Of a stretch of DNA of 64,000 bases, positions 13,392 through 63,862 are shown piece after piece. The stretch comes from Amoebidium appalachense (taxonomy: Eukaryota; Protista; Ichthyosporea). The notes under the pieces are model-generated. The model was given only the letters and a program-made list of their open reading frames with translations, had not been told where the DNA came from and did no database searches. Every line of letters begins with the position of its first letter. Position 1 is the stretch's first letter. The position numbers and the translations under genes are program-made. The stretch is from the NCBI GenBank assembly GCA_963693365.1, contig CAVNZM010000007.1, positions 2,031,979-2,095,978 of the forward strand, in the 5' to 3' direction.

Positions 13392-15115
13392 CCCGGAGGG
13401 CCTTTTCAGGCCCTCTAAGGAAACTACCGTCTACCACACAGCACCGACAGTACACTAGTTAAGGTGTTTTGGTTTTATTAATTGGAAAACTGCTTAGAAT
13501 TCTGTCTCCCCTGGTCTCCTATGGGAAAAGCTTGCTGCACGGGGTGTACCACAGTGCATGGGTGTTTTGTAAAAGCATATTGTCTCAAACCTACGGTAGA
13601 GCTGTGGTCAATGGTCACCTTTCATATGGTTTTGCTCGTACTAGAGGTCTCTTGCAAGGTTCATTGCTTAGCCCCATTTTGTTTAACCTATTTATAGATG
13701 ATTTAGCTGTCAAGATTTATGCCGAAAATGTTGACCCCATTAATAACTTTCCGCCTGCACTTCTCTATGCTGATGATCTGTCCCTCCTTGCTCGTACCCC
13801 TAGACACCTGCAAAGATTGTTCGATATAGTCTCAGAGTGGTGCAAGGCAAACCTTATGATCCTTAACATAGACAAATGTGGTGTTCTTGTACCTGATATC
13901 GCTAACAATTGACATACATTTACCATATTATCTAAACCTGTATCATAGTTCCAGAATACAAATATCTTGGTGCTCCGGTTAATTCTGTTGGTGTTATGTT
14001 TTCCCATATGGTTGAAAAGAGGGTAGAGCTGGCTCGTAAGCGGTTAGCTTTCTTCTCGGCTAATATTTTTAATGAAACGCCCCTCCATCCTTCTATTAGA
14101 CACATTTATTCGCCAGTCTTTTGTCTTCCCGGCATGTGCACGTGAATATGGTTTACCCCTTCTCGCCTGACGCTTGGATCAAGAAAGAGACTCTCGGAAT
14201 TAAAGCGCTTAAACCCTTGGCAAATTTCCTTGAAGTAGAAATTGCCTCCTTTTTATCTAACAACTGTTGTAAACCTGGGCCTGCAACATTCTCGATATAT
14301 GGCCCAGGCTGGTCCCAATAGCTGCTAGAGTATGATAATCCCATCTCGCGCTGAAATTCAATAGCACATAAGCCGCTAAAAGAATTATTTGCCCTCCCAC
14401 CCTCTCTTCTCTATCCGACCTGCCCCCTCCCCACCTCTCCCTTCTTTCCTTCCCTCTCTCTCTCCTTCTTCCCCGGGCACAAATACAAATAAATCCCGCT
14501 AAAGTATGCGTGTGACTTTGGACTGCCACTTACTTATTAAGACATGTACATAATCACAAAATAATTACACAATATAACAAATGGAAAAAGCCTCCACATG
14601 TGACACTAGACCCGATGTAAGCAAACATCTTGAAAAACCAAGCCTTATGTCTCGTTTTATATATAATGACCGTCTAAATAATATTGCCAAATAAGGCACT
14701 CGCAAATGTGTAACACCTAAATACATATTACCTTCCTGTAGAATTGGCCTTTCGCTGGCTGACGGTAATATTGACCACTTACCACGCTTTTAAATTTACC
14801 GTGCACGTGCCATACAGTGGAGATCCAAGTTGTAAGACTTAGTATAAGGTGGCATCGTTTGCATGCCCAAACAACACACACACACATCAGTTTAAGCGGT
14901 CATGTATTGCCAAATGTAGTTTGATAGACCACATAATACCGCAAAACACACACGACACATTCACAACAGACACCCAGAAAGATAGCTTACCTGAAAATTA
15001 CAACATCGTTGATTTCATACTCAGAACACACATAACTATGACCTCAGTATTAGATGTATTGATTGGCTTGAGAAACACATCATTACAAAACTCTAGCACA
15101 CATACACACACACAC

Positions 15116-15189
<74 letters not shown>

Positions 15190-15249
15190 AGCTGATACCG
15201 AGTGTCCCAGGGGAGCCAGCAGAAAAAAAACCCAAAAAAAAAAAAAAAA

Positions 15250-15450
15250 CTGGGAACCCAACTAATTGATTCTCTCAATCTCTATGGTGCTTCGTAGAGT
15301 AAGAAAAATCTGATATATATCAGCACCCGACACCTATGTACTTGATCATCGATATACCGCTGAGGGGAAATTCCGAGCAAAACCCACCCATACCTGAGAC
15401 TGGTCTCTCTTTGCCTCGAGTAAACAGCGTAAACCCCTAATATATATATA
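15250..15450 (+). repeat. Conserved ~190-200-bp post-poly(A) module, copy 1
   Basis: gggaacccaactaatt...ctcgagtaaacagcgtaaacccc; reverse complement of 54617-54811 and 58797-59001. Confidence 0.9.
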
Positions 15451-15633
15451 GCGATAGGACAAGGTTTAGCTATAGGTAGTGAGCGGAAAACAGTGCATCC
15501 ACCAACTCGTGAGATATATATACTGAGAGATTCTTTGAATTGTGGAATGAAACTTTTATCACAGTGCCCCAGAGGGTGCTCACGGTGTGCATTGTGTTTG
15601 CGCGCGCGCATGTGTGTATGTGTGTGTGCGCGC

Positions 15634-15704
<71 letters not shown>

Positions 15705-16257
15705 TGCGTGCGCGCGCGCACGTGTGTGTACATGTACTGTGTATGTATGTTGTGTGTGTCTGGATGTGGTTGGTGTTTTTGCGATGGTGGTGGTGGTGGT
15801 CCACAGGAGGGGGGGAAGGGGCAAGGTTTTAATGGTACAGGGATGATGGAAAATTAATGCATGTGACTTCTGAGAGTGAGACCATTCAATTATTTGGTAC
15901 ATACAGATAATTTCGAGTAAATGGTGGTCGACATGGTGGGGTTGGCCATGGGGGTGCTCGGTTCCTCAGGGGTTTTTATTTTTTATTTTTTTATTTTTAT
16001 TTTTTTTTTAAGGGGGGGGGGGGGGGGGGGGGGAGGGGGGCAGCGCTGGCCCCACCGGAAGAGATTCGGATTGCGGGTAGGGTGTGGGGGTTATCTCTAG
16101 AGTGAGAGCCTTGCCATTTAATCGTAAGCTAAGGGCCGGCAGTGCATATCATGGTACTACGGAAACACGTACGTGTGTTGTGTACTTTTGTCGGTTTGTG
16201 TGAGTGTACGTGTGTGTGTGTGTATTTGGTGGTGGTGGTGGCGGTGGTGGTGGTGAT

Positions 16258-16291
<34 letters not shown>

Positions 16292-16395
16292 GTACATGTG
16301 TGTCCGGGTGAGCTGTGCCATGGCCGTTTGTGTGTGTGTTTTTGAGGCCCGGGAAGGGGGGGGGGGGGGGTTGTCTTACCTGGTTTTTAAGGTGT

Positions 16396-16443
<48 letters not shown>

Positions 16444-16635
16444 CAAGTCTTTATTGAGCTAGATAGTGTTTTCTGAACGTGCCACCCAGTCATAGGCTCA
16501 TCGGTCCATATGCATGTTTCTCCTTCTCCTTTTTTTTTCTCTCTCTTTCTCTTTTTTCCCATTTCTTTTTCTTTCTTTCTTTCTTTTTTAAATTTCTTTT
16601 CTTTTCTTTCTTTTCTGTCTGTCTGTCTTTCTTTC

Positions 16636-16683
<48 letters not shown>

Positions 16684-17289
16684 GGGGGGGGGGGGGGGGT
16701 CTCCTGACGGGCTAGCGCTTTGGCAGTGAACATACTTTGGTTTATTGATTTTATATATCTGTCCATGGCCAAGCAGTGCACAGGATCTTGTTTCAGGAAA
16801 GTCGACATGCAACATACGTAATACGTCTTAACATGGACAAGTGCACGTGGTGCAAGGGACATATGCACAATTAATTAAAAAACATGCGAGCCTGAGCTCT
16901 GTATATATGTCAACCCACGACATTTCGTTGTTTTCTTTTTAGGGTTTTGTGTTCCCGTACGTTACATAAGTGAGAATCGAACTTATATGCTATGTTGAAG
17001 GTCAATTATCATTCATTCGGCCTTGGATTTAGTTTTCTATATATCATCTAAAAACATACGAATACCAGACACGGTATTGTGACCATATGATAGACACGAA
17101 CAAACCATCAAACAAGTAAATGAATTAATAAAGGAAAAAAAAACGAATGCAAGCATGATAAACGAGCGGCACGTTAAGCAACCGGTTACTAGTCTGTCTC
17201 CCCAGCAACACTAAGTACACATCTGTTAACCAATAGTTAGATAACCAACTACCATAAATGGTTATATATACATACCCGCTACCACGTGT

Positions 17290-54023
<36,734 letters not shown>

Positions 54024-54809
54024 CGTTGAGAATGCCACGGCAGAGAGAACCCGTTGTTGTCTTTGTGCCGCTAGTGGTTCATGGTGTGTCCCTGAAACAT
54101 CAATAGCTACCTCAACAAGAGGATATGTGTGTGTTTCTTAGGAGCCCTAAAAATATTACAGTCACGGTTATGGCAGATGTAAGAGGTTACACCAACACTC
54201 TTTCGAATTCAACGGGGCCCGCACCTTCACAAAAAAAACAAAAACAAAGCCATCCTTCGAAGCTGGCGCATACCTTGTGGGCTGGAATTTGGAGTTCACC
54301 TTTGATTGGCTAATCGGACACCACTATAAATCAACAAATACCCAAATATGGCTACTTTTGCATTCCTCTGATCGCTGGTAGGGCCTTATGAAAATATCCT
54401 GTTTTTCGCCCTGAGTATCAACCGGGATATATCACGAAAATATCGCCTGAGCCCCTGAATATCCCCATTTTTTTTTCTGAGAGCGAGTATCATTACACCA
54501 TATCCCGAAAACGTCCCTGAATATCAAAAGATTTATCAAAAGTATCCCGCCAAGCCCCTGATTATCATACACAAGTATCCCGGCCAAATTAGCCTTTTGG
54601 GCAAACCTATCGTACGTATATCTCTCAGGGGTTTACGCTGTTTACTCGAGGCAAAGAGAGACCAGTCTCAGGTATGGGGGGGTTTTGCTTGGAATATCCC
54701 CTCAGCTGTATATCATGATCACGTACATAGCTGTCGGGTGATGATTACATATCAGGGTTTACTTTCTCTACGAGACACCATAAAGACTAAGAATTAGTTG
54801 GGGTTCCCC

Positions 54810-54847
<38 letters not shown>

Positions 54848-54882
54848 CTCCGGGCTCCCCTGGGACACTCGGTATCAGCTGG

Positions 54883-55001
<119 letters not shown>

Positions 55002-55369
55002 AGAATTTTGTAATGCCGTGTTTCTCAAGCCAATCACTGATACATCTACTAAACAGGTCGTAGTTTCGCGTGTTTAGTATAAAATCAAGGATGCTGTAAT
55101 TTTTAGGTAGGCTATCTTTCTGGGTGTCTGTTGTAAATGTGACATGTGTGTGTTGCGGTATTATGTGGTCTATCAAACTACATCATGGGCGATACATGAC
55201 CGTTTAAACTGGTGTGTGTGTGTGTTGTTTGGGCATGCAAACGATGCCACCTTATACTTATTAGATCTCCACTGTATAGCACGTGTACAGTGAAAGCGTG
55301 GTATGTGATCAATAATACCATCAGCTAGAGAAAGACAAATATTACAGGAAGGTAATGTGTATTTAGGTG

Positions 55370-56875
55370 TTACACATTTGCGAGTGCCATATTTGGCAAT
55401 ATGGTTAAGGCGGTCATTATATATATAAAACTAGACATAAATCTTAGTTTTTCAAGGTGTATGCTTTCATCGGGTCTGGTGTCGTGTGGTATCTTTTTCC
55501 ATTTGTTATATTGCGTAATGATCTTGTGATTGTGTACATGTCTAATAAGTAAGTGGCAGTCCAAGGTCACACGCACACTTTTGCGGGGTTTATTTGTATT
55601 TGTGCCCGGGGGAAAAGGAGAGAGGGAGGAAAGGAAAGAGGGGAGAGGTGAAGAGGGGACAGGTCGGATAGAGAAGAGAGGGGTGGGCAAATACTTCTTT
55701 AAGCGGCTTATGTGCTTATTGAATTTCAGCGCGAGATGGGATACTCTAGCAGCTATTGGGACCAGACCATATATCGAGAGCCTTACAGGCCCAGGTTTAC
55801 AACAGTTGTTAGATAGAAAGGAGGCAACTTCTGCTTCAAGGAAATTTGCCAAGGGTTTAAGCGCTCTAGTTCTCTCTTTCTTGATCCAAGCGGCGAGAAG
55901 GGGTAAACCATATTCACATGCCGGGAAGACAAAAGTGCGAATAAATGTAAGTCTAATAGAAGGATGGAGGGGTGTGTCTTTAAAAATATTAGCCGAGAAG
56001 AAAGCTAACCGCTTACGAGCCAGCTCTACCCTCTTTTCGACCATATGGGAAAACATAATACCAACAGAATTAACCGGAACACCAAGATATCTGTATTCTG
56101 GAACTATAGGTACAGGTTTAGATGATAATGTGAATGTGTGTAAATTGTTAGCTATATCAGGTACAAGAACACCACATTTGTCTATGTTAAGGATCATAAG
56201 GTTTGCCTTGCACCACTCTGACACTACATCGAACAATCTTTGCAGGCGTCTAGTGCTAGGGGTACGGGCAAGGAGGGACAGATCATCAGCATAGAGAAGT
56301 GCAGGCGGAAAGTTATTAATAGGATCATCATTTTCGGCATAAATTTTGACAGCCAAATCATCTATAAATAGGTTAAACAAAAAGGGGCTAAGCAATGAAC
56401 CCTGCAAGAGACCTCTAGTACGAGCAAAACCATATGAAAGGTGCCCATTAACCACAGCTCTACCATAGGTTTGAGACAAGAGTGCTTCTAACAAAACACC
56501 AATGCAGTGTGGTACACCCCGTGCAGCAAGCTTTTCCCATAGGAGACCAGGGGAGACGGAATCGTAAGCAGCTTTCCAATCAATAAAACCAACATATCGT
56601 GCACCTTCTTGCATAGAATCATGCAGTGCCATTATTTGAACATAACATGAATTGTTTTTACGAAAAGCGGATTGGCATATGCATGGGTGTATGTGAAGAA
56701 TAGATTGAAACCTAGGGTGATGTGCAAATAACCTAAGTAAGCAAGCTTCAAAGAATCTACGAACAACCTGGGTTAGTGTGATGGGGTGAAAAGTTGATAT
56801 GGGGCCCTCAGAGTCCTTCTTAACTATGACGGTATCACTAAGGTGTCTAACCAAGATGATGGGACATGTCCACAT
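55370..56875 (-). pseudogene. Non-LTR reverse transcriptase ORF (501 aa open segment)
   Basis: FHPITL, QSAFR, FIDWKAAYDSV, GLLQGSLLSPFLFNLFIDDL, YADD, NIDKC and YRYLG motifs; upstream portion disrupted by a duplication and a stop. Confidence 0.9.
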
Positions 56876-57324
56876 TTAACACACCAAGAAAAGAGAGAGC
56901 TTAACATAAAAGTAAGATCAGGTTTAATAGCGCAATCACTTTCCTTTTGTGGGTAGGAGGGAACAAGGATTTATGCAGTGCCATTATTTGAACATAACAT
57001 GAATTGTTTTTACGAAAAGCGGATTGGCATATGCATGGGTGTATGTGAAGAATAGATTGAAACCTAGGGTGATGTGCAAATAACCTAAGTAAGCAAGCTT
57101 CAAAGAATCTACGAACAACCTGGGTTAGTGTGATGGGGTGAAAAGTTGATATGGGGCCCTCAGAGTCCTTCTTAACTATGACGGTATCACTAAGGTGTCT
57201 AACCAAGATGATGGGACATGTCCACATTTAACACACCAAGAAAAGAGAGAGCTTAACATAAAAGTAAGATCAGGTTTAATAGCGCAATCACTTTCCTTTT
57301 GTGGGTAGGAGGGAACAAGGATTT
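56621..57324. repeat. 352-bp tandem duplication inside the RT
   Basis: 56621-56972 repeated at 56973-57324, apparently identical. Confidence 0.95.
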
Positions 57325-57849
57325 AAGAAACCCGGCAGGAAGTCCATCAGGTCCACAAGACTTACTAGAGCGATAACTAGATATCACAGACCATATGGTG
57401 TCGGGACTGAAAAAGGGGAGGATCGATTCTATGGGGATAGATGGGTCTACAGGCCACACAATAGGTTTCTGAGCGGGGGTCCTATCTTTAAACAGCTCCG
57501 AGAAATACTTATCAGAGTCTATGAGGGGGTCTCCAGTGGCATCACCAATAATACGAGCAGGGGGGCCAAATCGATTCATACTAGCAAGCCGGCGCAAGCT
57601 TTCCTTTTGAGACAGGGGCTCACCTACAACCTATTGTAGTCTAGCGGGAGTGGTAACAAGAGAGCATCGGGATATTCCTTCCTACCACCACCAGCATAAT
57701 CACCGAGGTCTATGTGCTATTAAATCATCAACGATAAAGTTGGTGCATGTATCTAGTACCTAACACGTACTGACGTGTTGCCGCACGTGCGACTTTATAC
57801 ATCTACTCAGGCGGCAAAAAAAAAAAGAAAAGAAAGAAAGAAAGGAGAC

Positions 57850-58301
57850 ACCGCCTCAGTAGGTGGTAGATCTAGTACGAGATGTGAATCTGGTCTGGCT
57901 TGTGCAGATTAGTAATAGGCGCATATATATATATATATATATATGGGGTGTTTCGCTGCATAGCATACACATACATCAACTTTACCCCACTGTGACTTGA
58001 GACCAAAAGCAGAGTGTACACCCAAATATACCTTTCTGCTGTGAGTCCCTTTTACAGAACTTAGGCAATGTATAACTCACACCGCCTCAGTAGGTGGTAG
58101 ATCTAGTACGAGATGTGAATCTGGTCTGGCTTGTGCAGATTAGTAATAGGCGCATATATATACATATGGGGTGTTTCGCTGCATAGCATACACATACATC
58201 AACTTTACCCCACTGTGACTTGAGACCAAAGGCAGAGTGTACACTTAAATATACCTTTCTGCTGTGAGTCCCTTTTACAGAACTTAGGCAATGTATAACT
58301 C
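57850..58301. repeat. ~225-bp tandem duplication
   Basis: caccgcctcagtaggtggtag...ggcaatgtataactc at ~57850 and ~58080; differs mainly in (TA)n length. Confidence 0.9.
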
Positions 58302-58796
58302 TGCTTTTACAAAGCTAAGCCATTAGTATTTGTATGTGGCCGGAAAATTAATGTGCATGCCGCATCAGCGCTGAGGATGCGGATGAGCTGGTGTTGAAGC
58401 ATGGCATATGCATATGCATGCTATGTGCGTATACTACATGAACACACTGATACATTGCATATCAAAGTTCATTATGCGGCATATGTACAGTACTTGTTCA
58501 TGCACCTTATTGTACAACCATAAGCTTTGCCTCAGCTTCATCATGTATAAATTTAAAATCAATACTATAATTCATTGCTTTATTTTGTTTGAGAAATGTT
58601 TGCTCCCTGGGGAGGTTGCAAGTGGTGCATAATTGGCTAATTCCCGATAAAAGTACCCATTTATGGCTAAGACAATAATTTTGGAAATAATCTGCTTGTT
58701 TGCATTGGTCGTTTGACGTTCACCAAGATCAAATCTCGCCCGTAAGGTCCCCCACATGGCCATTTCTTATAGATAACATAAACAAAAAGGGCCGGA

Positions 58797-59000
58797 TATA
58801 TCTTGGGGGTTTACGCTGTTTACTCGAGGCAAAGAGAACCAGTCTCAGGTATGGGGGGGGGGGTTTTGCTCGGAATATCCCCTCAGCGGTATATCATGAT
58901 CACGTACATAGATGTCGGGTGGTGACTATATATCAGGGTTTACTTTCTCTACGAGACACCATAAAGACTACAAGGAGAAATCAATTAGTTGGGGTTCCCC

Positions 59001-59062
<62 letters not shown>

Positions 59063-59121
59063 GGGCTCCCCTCGGGACACTCGGTATCAGCTGGTTGTGT
59101 GTGTGTGTGTGTGTGTGTGTG
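58797..59121 (-). repeat. LINE 3' stub ((CA)n + 3'UTR + poly(A)) plus post-poly(A) module, copy 3
   Basis: Diverged direct repeat of 54617-54900. Confidence 0.9.
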
Positions 59122-61027
59122 ATCTTGCTCCTTAGCCCAGGAGATATATCACACTTCGGAGGATACCAAAAGATATATCTTTTTGCGCCCCGTCCCTGAA
59201 TATCACGGGATACATCCCAAGCTGGACCTGAATATCACGAGATATATCAGGTATCCAGGACACCCCTGAATATCACCGTGATACCCGGGATATTTTCATA
59301 AGGCCCTAAGATTCGCTGGTGAATGTCAGAATGTGGTGCACCACGGCACCTCTCTTCTCTCTCTCTTTCTTCCCCCCCCCCCCCCCCCCCCCCTTTCCCC
59401 GGAAACCACCACCACCACTAAAAATGGGACACGCAGGTTTGAACAGAAGGCCGTATGTAGGCTACGCAACTTCAAGGGGTTTAGGTGAATCGGGAGATGG
59501 TTGCCAAGGGGCACTAGCCAGGCACGTATCTAATGTGCTGATTTCTAGTCATGGCTAATCGACATTTTTTTTACGGCGCCCACTTTAAAAAATGTGCTAG
59601 AGTGTGTTTGTTGCCCGCATTCAGCACATCAATCAAAGAACCCTAAATTCGTCTCCCGTGCGTTTATGATCATGAAGAACCATCAGGTAGCGACGCACTT
59701 CTGAGGGTACGTACAATAAGTCAAGCAAGCATGCAGACCCTTCCTTCTCAGTAGTCAGCTAGTAATAGTTGATACGTGTGCAAGCTTGTACCACAGATAG
59801 GAGACCTGAATTTCCTCGAGAGCTCTCACTGATCGGTTTACTTGTCATTCCGTCACAATAACAATAAAACGGCCAGCAGGATCCAATTTATTCCCAAAAA
59901 ATGTTACCTGTCCAGACAAAAAATTGAGAAGGGGGGTGTCTGTGCCTGGTACGGTTTTGTGACCCTCTGAGCACGCGGACGGTGGGCGGCACATATTGCA
60001 CGGATTCAGACGTGAAACTCCCAAAGATGCAATGGTTAGAGACCGCTCCGGTCATCCCTACACGTCTTTGCAACTAATAAGCTCGGTCACTAGAGATACC
60101 TCAAATGTGAGCAGTGCATCATGCACACACCACACTGCTCCACACTGTTTAGCTCTGAATTCGTTCCTTTGAGGTAGCTTTGCCCGTTCAAAGATCTAGA
60201 GTATGAAGCCACCCCGCCTCGCAAGCACAAGCAAAGACGAAGTCCCGAGTTGAAGCGACTGATGTTGAACACGTGAACCTCTTCCCTTTGAAAATAGCCA
60301 GATAAAACTTCTTCCACACCTTCACAACACACTACTGTACAGTGCACCTACAAAAACATAGGCCTTTGTCCTGTTGTTTGTGCGTTCAAGTCACAGTGTC
60401 GCAGCCCGCTGTTGGCTGGTGCCAGTGCACATTTTGTTGCTGTCAGACAAGACCACTATAGCGTCATCACGTGCGCTAATGATTTCCCGGTGAATATCAA
60501 ATACTAATCTTGAGTTTTGGTTCGCATATAACATTTTATAAGATTATAAAGCTGCTGAGTTTTTATAAAACCTTTCAATGTTACTAAAATCATGCTGTGA
60601 AAGGTTGATTATATTCTAGTCGCTTACGATTGGCCAACATCAGATGCAAGGCGCGCCAAAGCAACCCCGTTGCTCGGCACTGATCACTTCATTGGAAATG
60701 GTGTGTTTGGAAATAATAAATACAAAATAAGGGACAATTTGCATGTAATAAATCAATAAAGTCTACTATATAGCTTTATTACAGCATAATACCGCCCTCT
60801 TTTTGCTGTAGAACACTTAGGACTCTGTTTTTGAAAGTGCCGTACATATCAGAAAATCAAACGTTTTGCCCCCCCTCCACGAAATTCCTGGTTGGCTCAC
60901 ATGAAAAGCAGCGGTGCACTCTCGTTTTACTGTCAGTTCACGTTTGGGAGGAAGGCCGTTGTGTGATTTCTTCTCTCAGTTAAAACAAAGACCGTAAAAG
61001 CTGCGGCATTTAGGAATTATCCAGAGG

Positions 61028-61853
61028 ATGATGTCCATGGGTTTCGTCGCGAAGGGTAGGTGCAGTGAAGCTGGAATAGACACACTGGTGGCCGTCGTGG
61101 CTAGGTAGATTGATAGAGAGAGGTGATCATGGTGAAAACCGGCAGGGGAAAGTTTCCGGTCTTTGTTGGAAGGCAAACGCTATGCATGGTAGGAAATGCA
61201 TCAAACAGTTTTAAATAATAGATTTTCACCCTCTCCTTCTGAAAGCTTTATAGCCCTCTGGTCGCTAGAAAAAGGGAGAGTGAGCCAGCAAGGTTAAAGG
61301 CTGCCCAAAGGCGTGGCAAGGTTTTATTCTGGTCTCTATATGGTTTGCAGTTAACAAAAAGGTTCACACAGCTGGTATGGCTCTACAGGAACCAGATGTG
61401 TCCTGGAGTACACTGTGATCCCAAGCAGCTCGCATGATTCAAAGTAGAACAATGGAGGAGTTCGCCTGGGCTTCTTATACGTTTCCTTGCCGACCAACAT
61501 CGTTATCGTAGCAAACCATCACAATCAGTTTTATGGCGTAGTGCTGGATGTCTGCAGATTTTATTAGGGATCCCAAGCTTTCACATAACGCTATAGGAGA
61601 GGCTCATGTGGCGAACACAATCTTACGGCTCATCAGTGTTCTGGAGCCGGTTTCTCAGGCAAAGCTGAGAACCAAGCTTAGTACTATTCTGCTTGTCTTT
61701 TGAGACTTTCCTTCTTTGTTGCTGTGCAGGGGCCACCTCCAAGGTCCTCTCCACTGCCGGCTATGCCACTGCCGCTACAGCCGCAAAGACTGCTGCTGCA
61801 GGTATGGTTTTGTTTTCTATAAACCGACAGCCTTTCTTTGCTTCCCCGCCCCC

Positions 61854-61889
<36 letters not shown>

Positions 61890-62982
61890 CCCCACCCCTT
61901 CCACACACACACACACACTCTCTCTCTACACACTCTCTCTGTGTGTGTGTGTGTGCGCGCGCGCGAGCGTGCGTGCGAGTGAAACATCACTCTCTTGCTT
62001 GGACCACCCTTGCATCACACCTTCCACCCCCTATATCCTCATTAAAACTACATACGAGTTTCACACCAGTAGTTTGGATGTTCTATTCTGATATATGGTG
62101 TATTCTGATATTGAGCACTGGTTCATTTCACGAATTGTTCCGGATGGCCCATGGAAGTCTGCCCCGAAGTAATGCCTCCGTGCGAGCAGCTCAAGCTTCA
62201 TGGCTTAGTAGGTATAGGCACAGTACAGACCACGTCGATGCTCACACAACCTGGGTTGCGAATAGGGTCTGGTCCAGCGATTAAGGTTGAGAAGAAGCGC
62301 CACGGTCGCAATGTTGTGCTGGTTGACGGTGTCCGCACTCCCTTCCAGATGTCTGGAACTGGGTGGGTCCCCCTACGGTTTGCTGTTGGCACGTGTCGTG
62401 CTTGCTGTCTGGGTGTTTAACTTGTGTCAAGACTGCTACAGTAACTTGCTTGCTTATCCTTGCCCCCTGTCGTCCTCCCTCCTCTCTCCCTCACCAAGCA
62501 GCCCCCCACACCTTTTTTCTTTTCCTTTCTCTTTAGACCCCACCTAAGCCATTATGCCCTTCCCCCCCCCCCCCCCCCCCCCCCGCCCCCCATCTTCCTC
62601 CTATTCACATGAAAGCACATGCGCACAGCGAATCACTGCCGAGTTCACAGCTTTCTTGGCAACATTCTTTCTACACTTCTTTTTGTTGCAACGACATCAC
62701 ACACGCAAACCCCCACCCCCCATTCCCACTCCCATCCCCCTCCACATCTTCGCCCCCTCCCCCCCTCCCCCCCCCTCCCCCCCCCCCCCCCCCTCCCCCC
62801 CTTTCCCCAACTTACCCATTGGCTGTGCAGGTACACCGACCTGATGGCCTACGATCTTGCCCGGATGGCTCTTGCCGGGCTTGCCGACCGTCTGGACCTG
62901 GACACCAAGATTGTCGACTATGTGCTGATGGGCACCGTCATCCAGGAGGCAAAGACAAGCAACATTGCCCGCGAGGTCTGTT

Positions 62983-63015
<33 letters not shown>

Positions 63016-63297
63016 TGCCTCCTCCTGCGTGTGCGGTTTAAGTGCTCCTTTTGAGTAATATGCAATTTTTTGACCGCCGTGAGTGTACTATACGTACTCT
63101 GTAACACATGCTAATCCCCCCCCCTTCCCCCCCCCCCCCCCTCCCCCCCCCTCGTCACCCCCCCCCCCCCCCCCCCCCCCCGACGTGGGCCCCCCTGAGG
63201 ATGGGCTCTGCTTATTATGCATACTCTTTATGTATGGTTTGCATTCTGCATCGTGTTATCCGTTGTTCTTGTGTACTTCGTACTTTATGACGCATTC

Positions 63298-63333
<36 letters not shown>

Positions 63334-63862
63334 GGAGTGTACAAACTCTTCCTATGTGCCTGAGCAATTGTTTGAATGTGCATCCGTATATTTGTTTTGT
63401 GTTTGCTCAATCTGAATGCTTCCCATGCTTTCCACCCTATATCAAGATACATCCCCCTCCCCCCCCCCCCCCCCCCCCGCTCTCCCTGCGCGCACCCGCG
63501 CCTGTCTCCTTACATACATCCATCCGCAAGCACATACACCACCACCAAACCCAAAATAACACATTTACGGGCAAGAAAATAAGTTCTTCCTTGTTTCGGT
63601 TGAGATAGCATTAATACGGGCCACTGAGTGATGGCTTCTTGGTGCTGGATCAAGTGGTTTTATGTGCGTGGTTCTGCAAATTAGTTAAGTAATAAACAAG
63701 GGCATGGAGCTAGGAGATTGGAGGAGAGCATGTGATAGTGGTTTGGTGATGGTGACTGGCTGGGACTACCGCAGGCATCCCTTGCTGCCGGCTACCCGCT
63801 GAACGTGCCGTCCAACACTGTCACGCTCGCATGCATTTCCTCCAATGTTGCTGCGTTCAATG
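61028..63862 (+). CDS. HADHB: Mitochondrial trifunctional enzyme beta subunit / 3-ketoacyl-CoA thiolase, 5' part (continues beyond the window)
   Basis: Exons 61028-61055 (putative first exon MMSMGFVAK, less certain), 61730-61801, 62266-62362 (RNVVLVDGVRTPF), 62831-62975 (GTVIQEAKTSNIARE), 63775-63862 (TVTLACISSN with catalytic Cys); Ala/Thr/Lys-rich presequence-like N-terminus. Confidence 0.9.
63182..63300 (+). repeat. Dispersed structured intronic repeat, subfamily B partial copy in an HADHB intron
   Basis: gacgtgggcccccctgaggatgggctctgc...gacgcattcaac flanked by poly-C; reverse complement of 40211-40332. Confidence 0.9.

Larger units (their letters stand above)
12181..13465 (-). mobile_element. 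Short (~120 bp) A-tailed retroposed insertion inside LINE copy 1, itself split by the TRIM
   Basis: T-rich tail at 12181-12206; hairpin gagggccttttcaggccctc at ~13396-13415; LINE sequence around ttttatt.att appears imperfectly duplicated on both sides. Confidence 0.55.
11985..15249 (+). mobile_element. Decayed, 5'-truncated non-LTR retrotransposon (LINE), copy 1, interrupted at 12181-13465
   Basis: RT motifs QSAFRKNNSC, GLLQGSLLSPILFNLFIDDL and YADD; homologous to 54812-57640; many frameshifts; ends TAG-(CA)n-cagctgataccgagtgtccc..-poly(A). Confidence 0.9.

Noticed and set aside
54630-54700. Spliced-leader RNA gene in the post-poly(A) module (cag|gtatgg)
   Set aside because: No convincing Sm-binding site or SL stem-loops; a donor-like hexamer alone is not enough.
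55530-56294. 254-aa + strand ORF
   Set aside because: Antisense shadow of the RT ORF with no independent motifs; the same applies to 9314-9919 opposite the acyltransferase.
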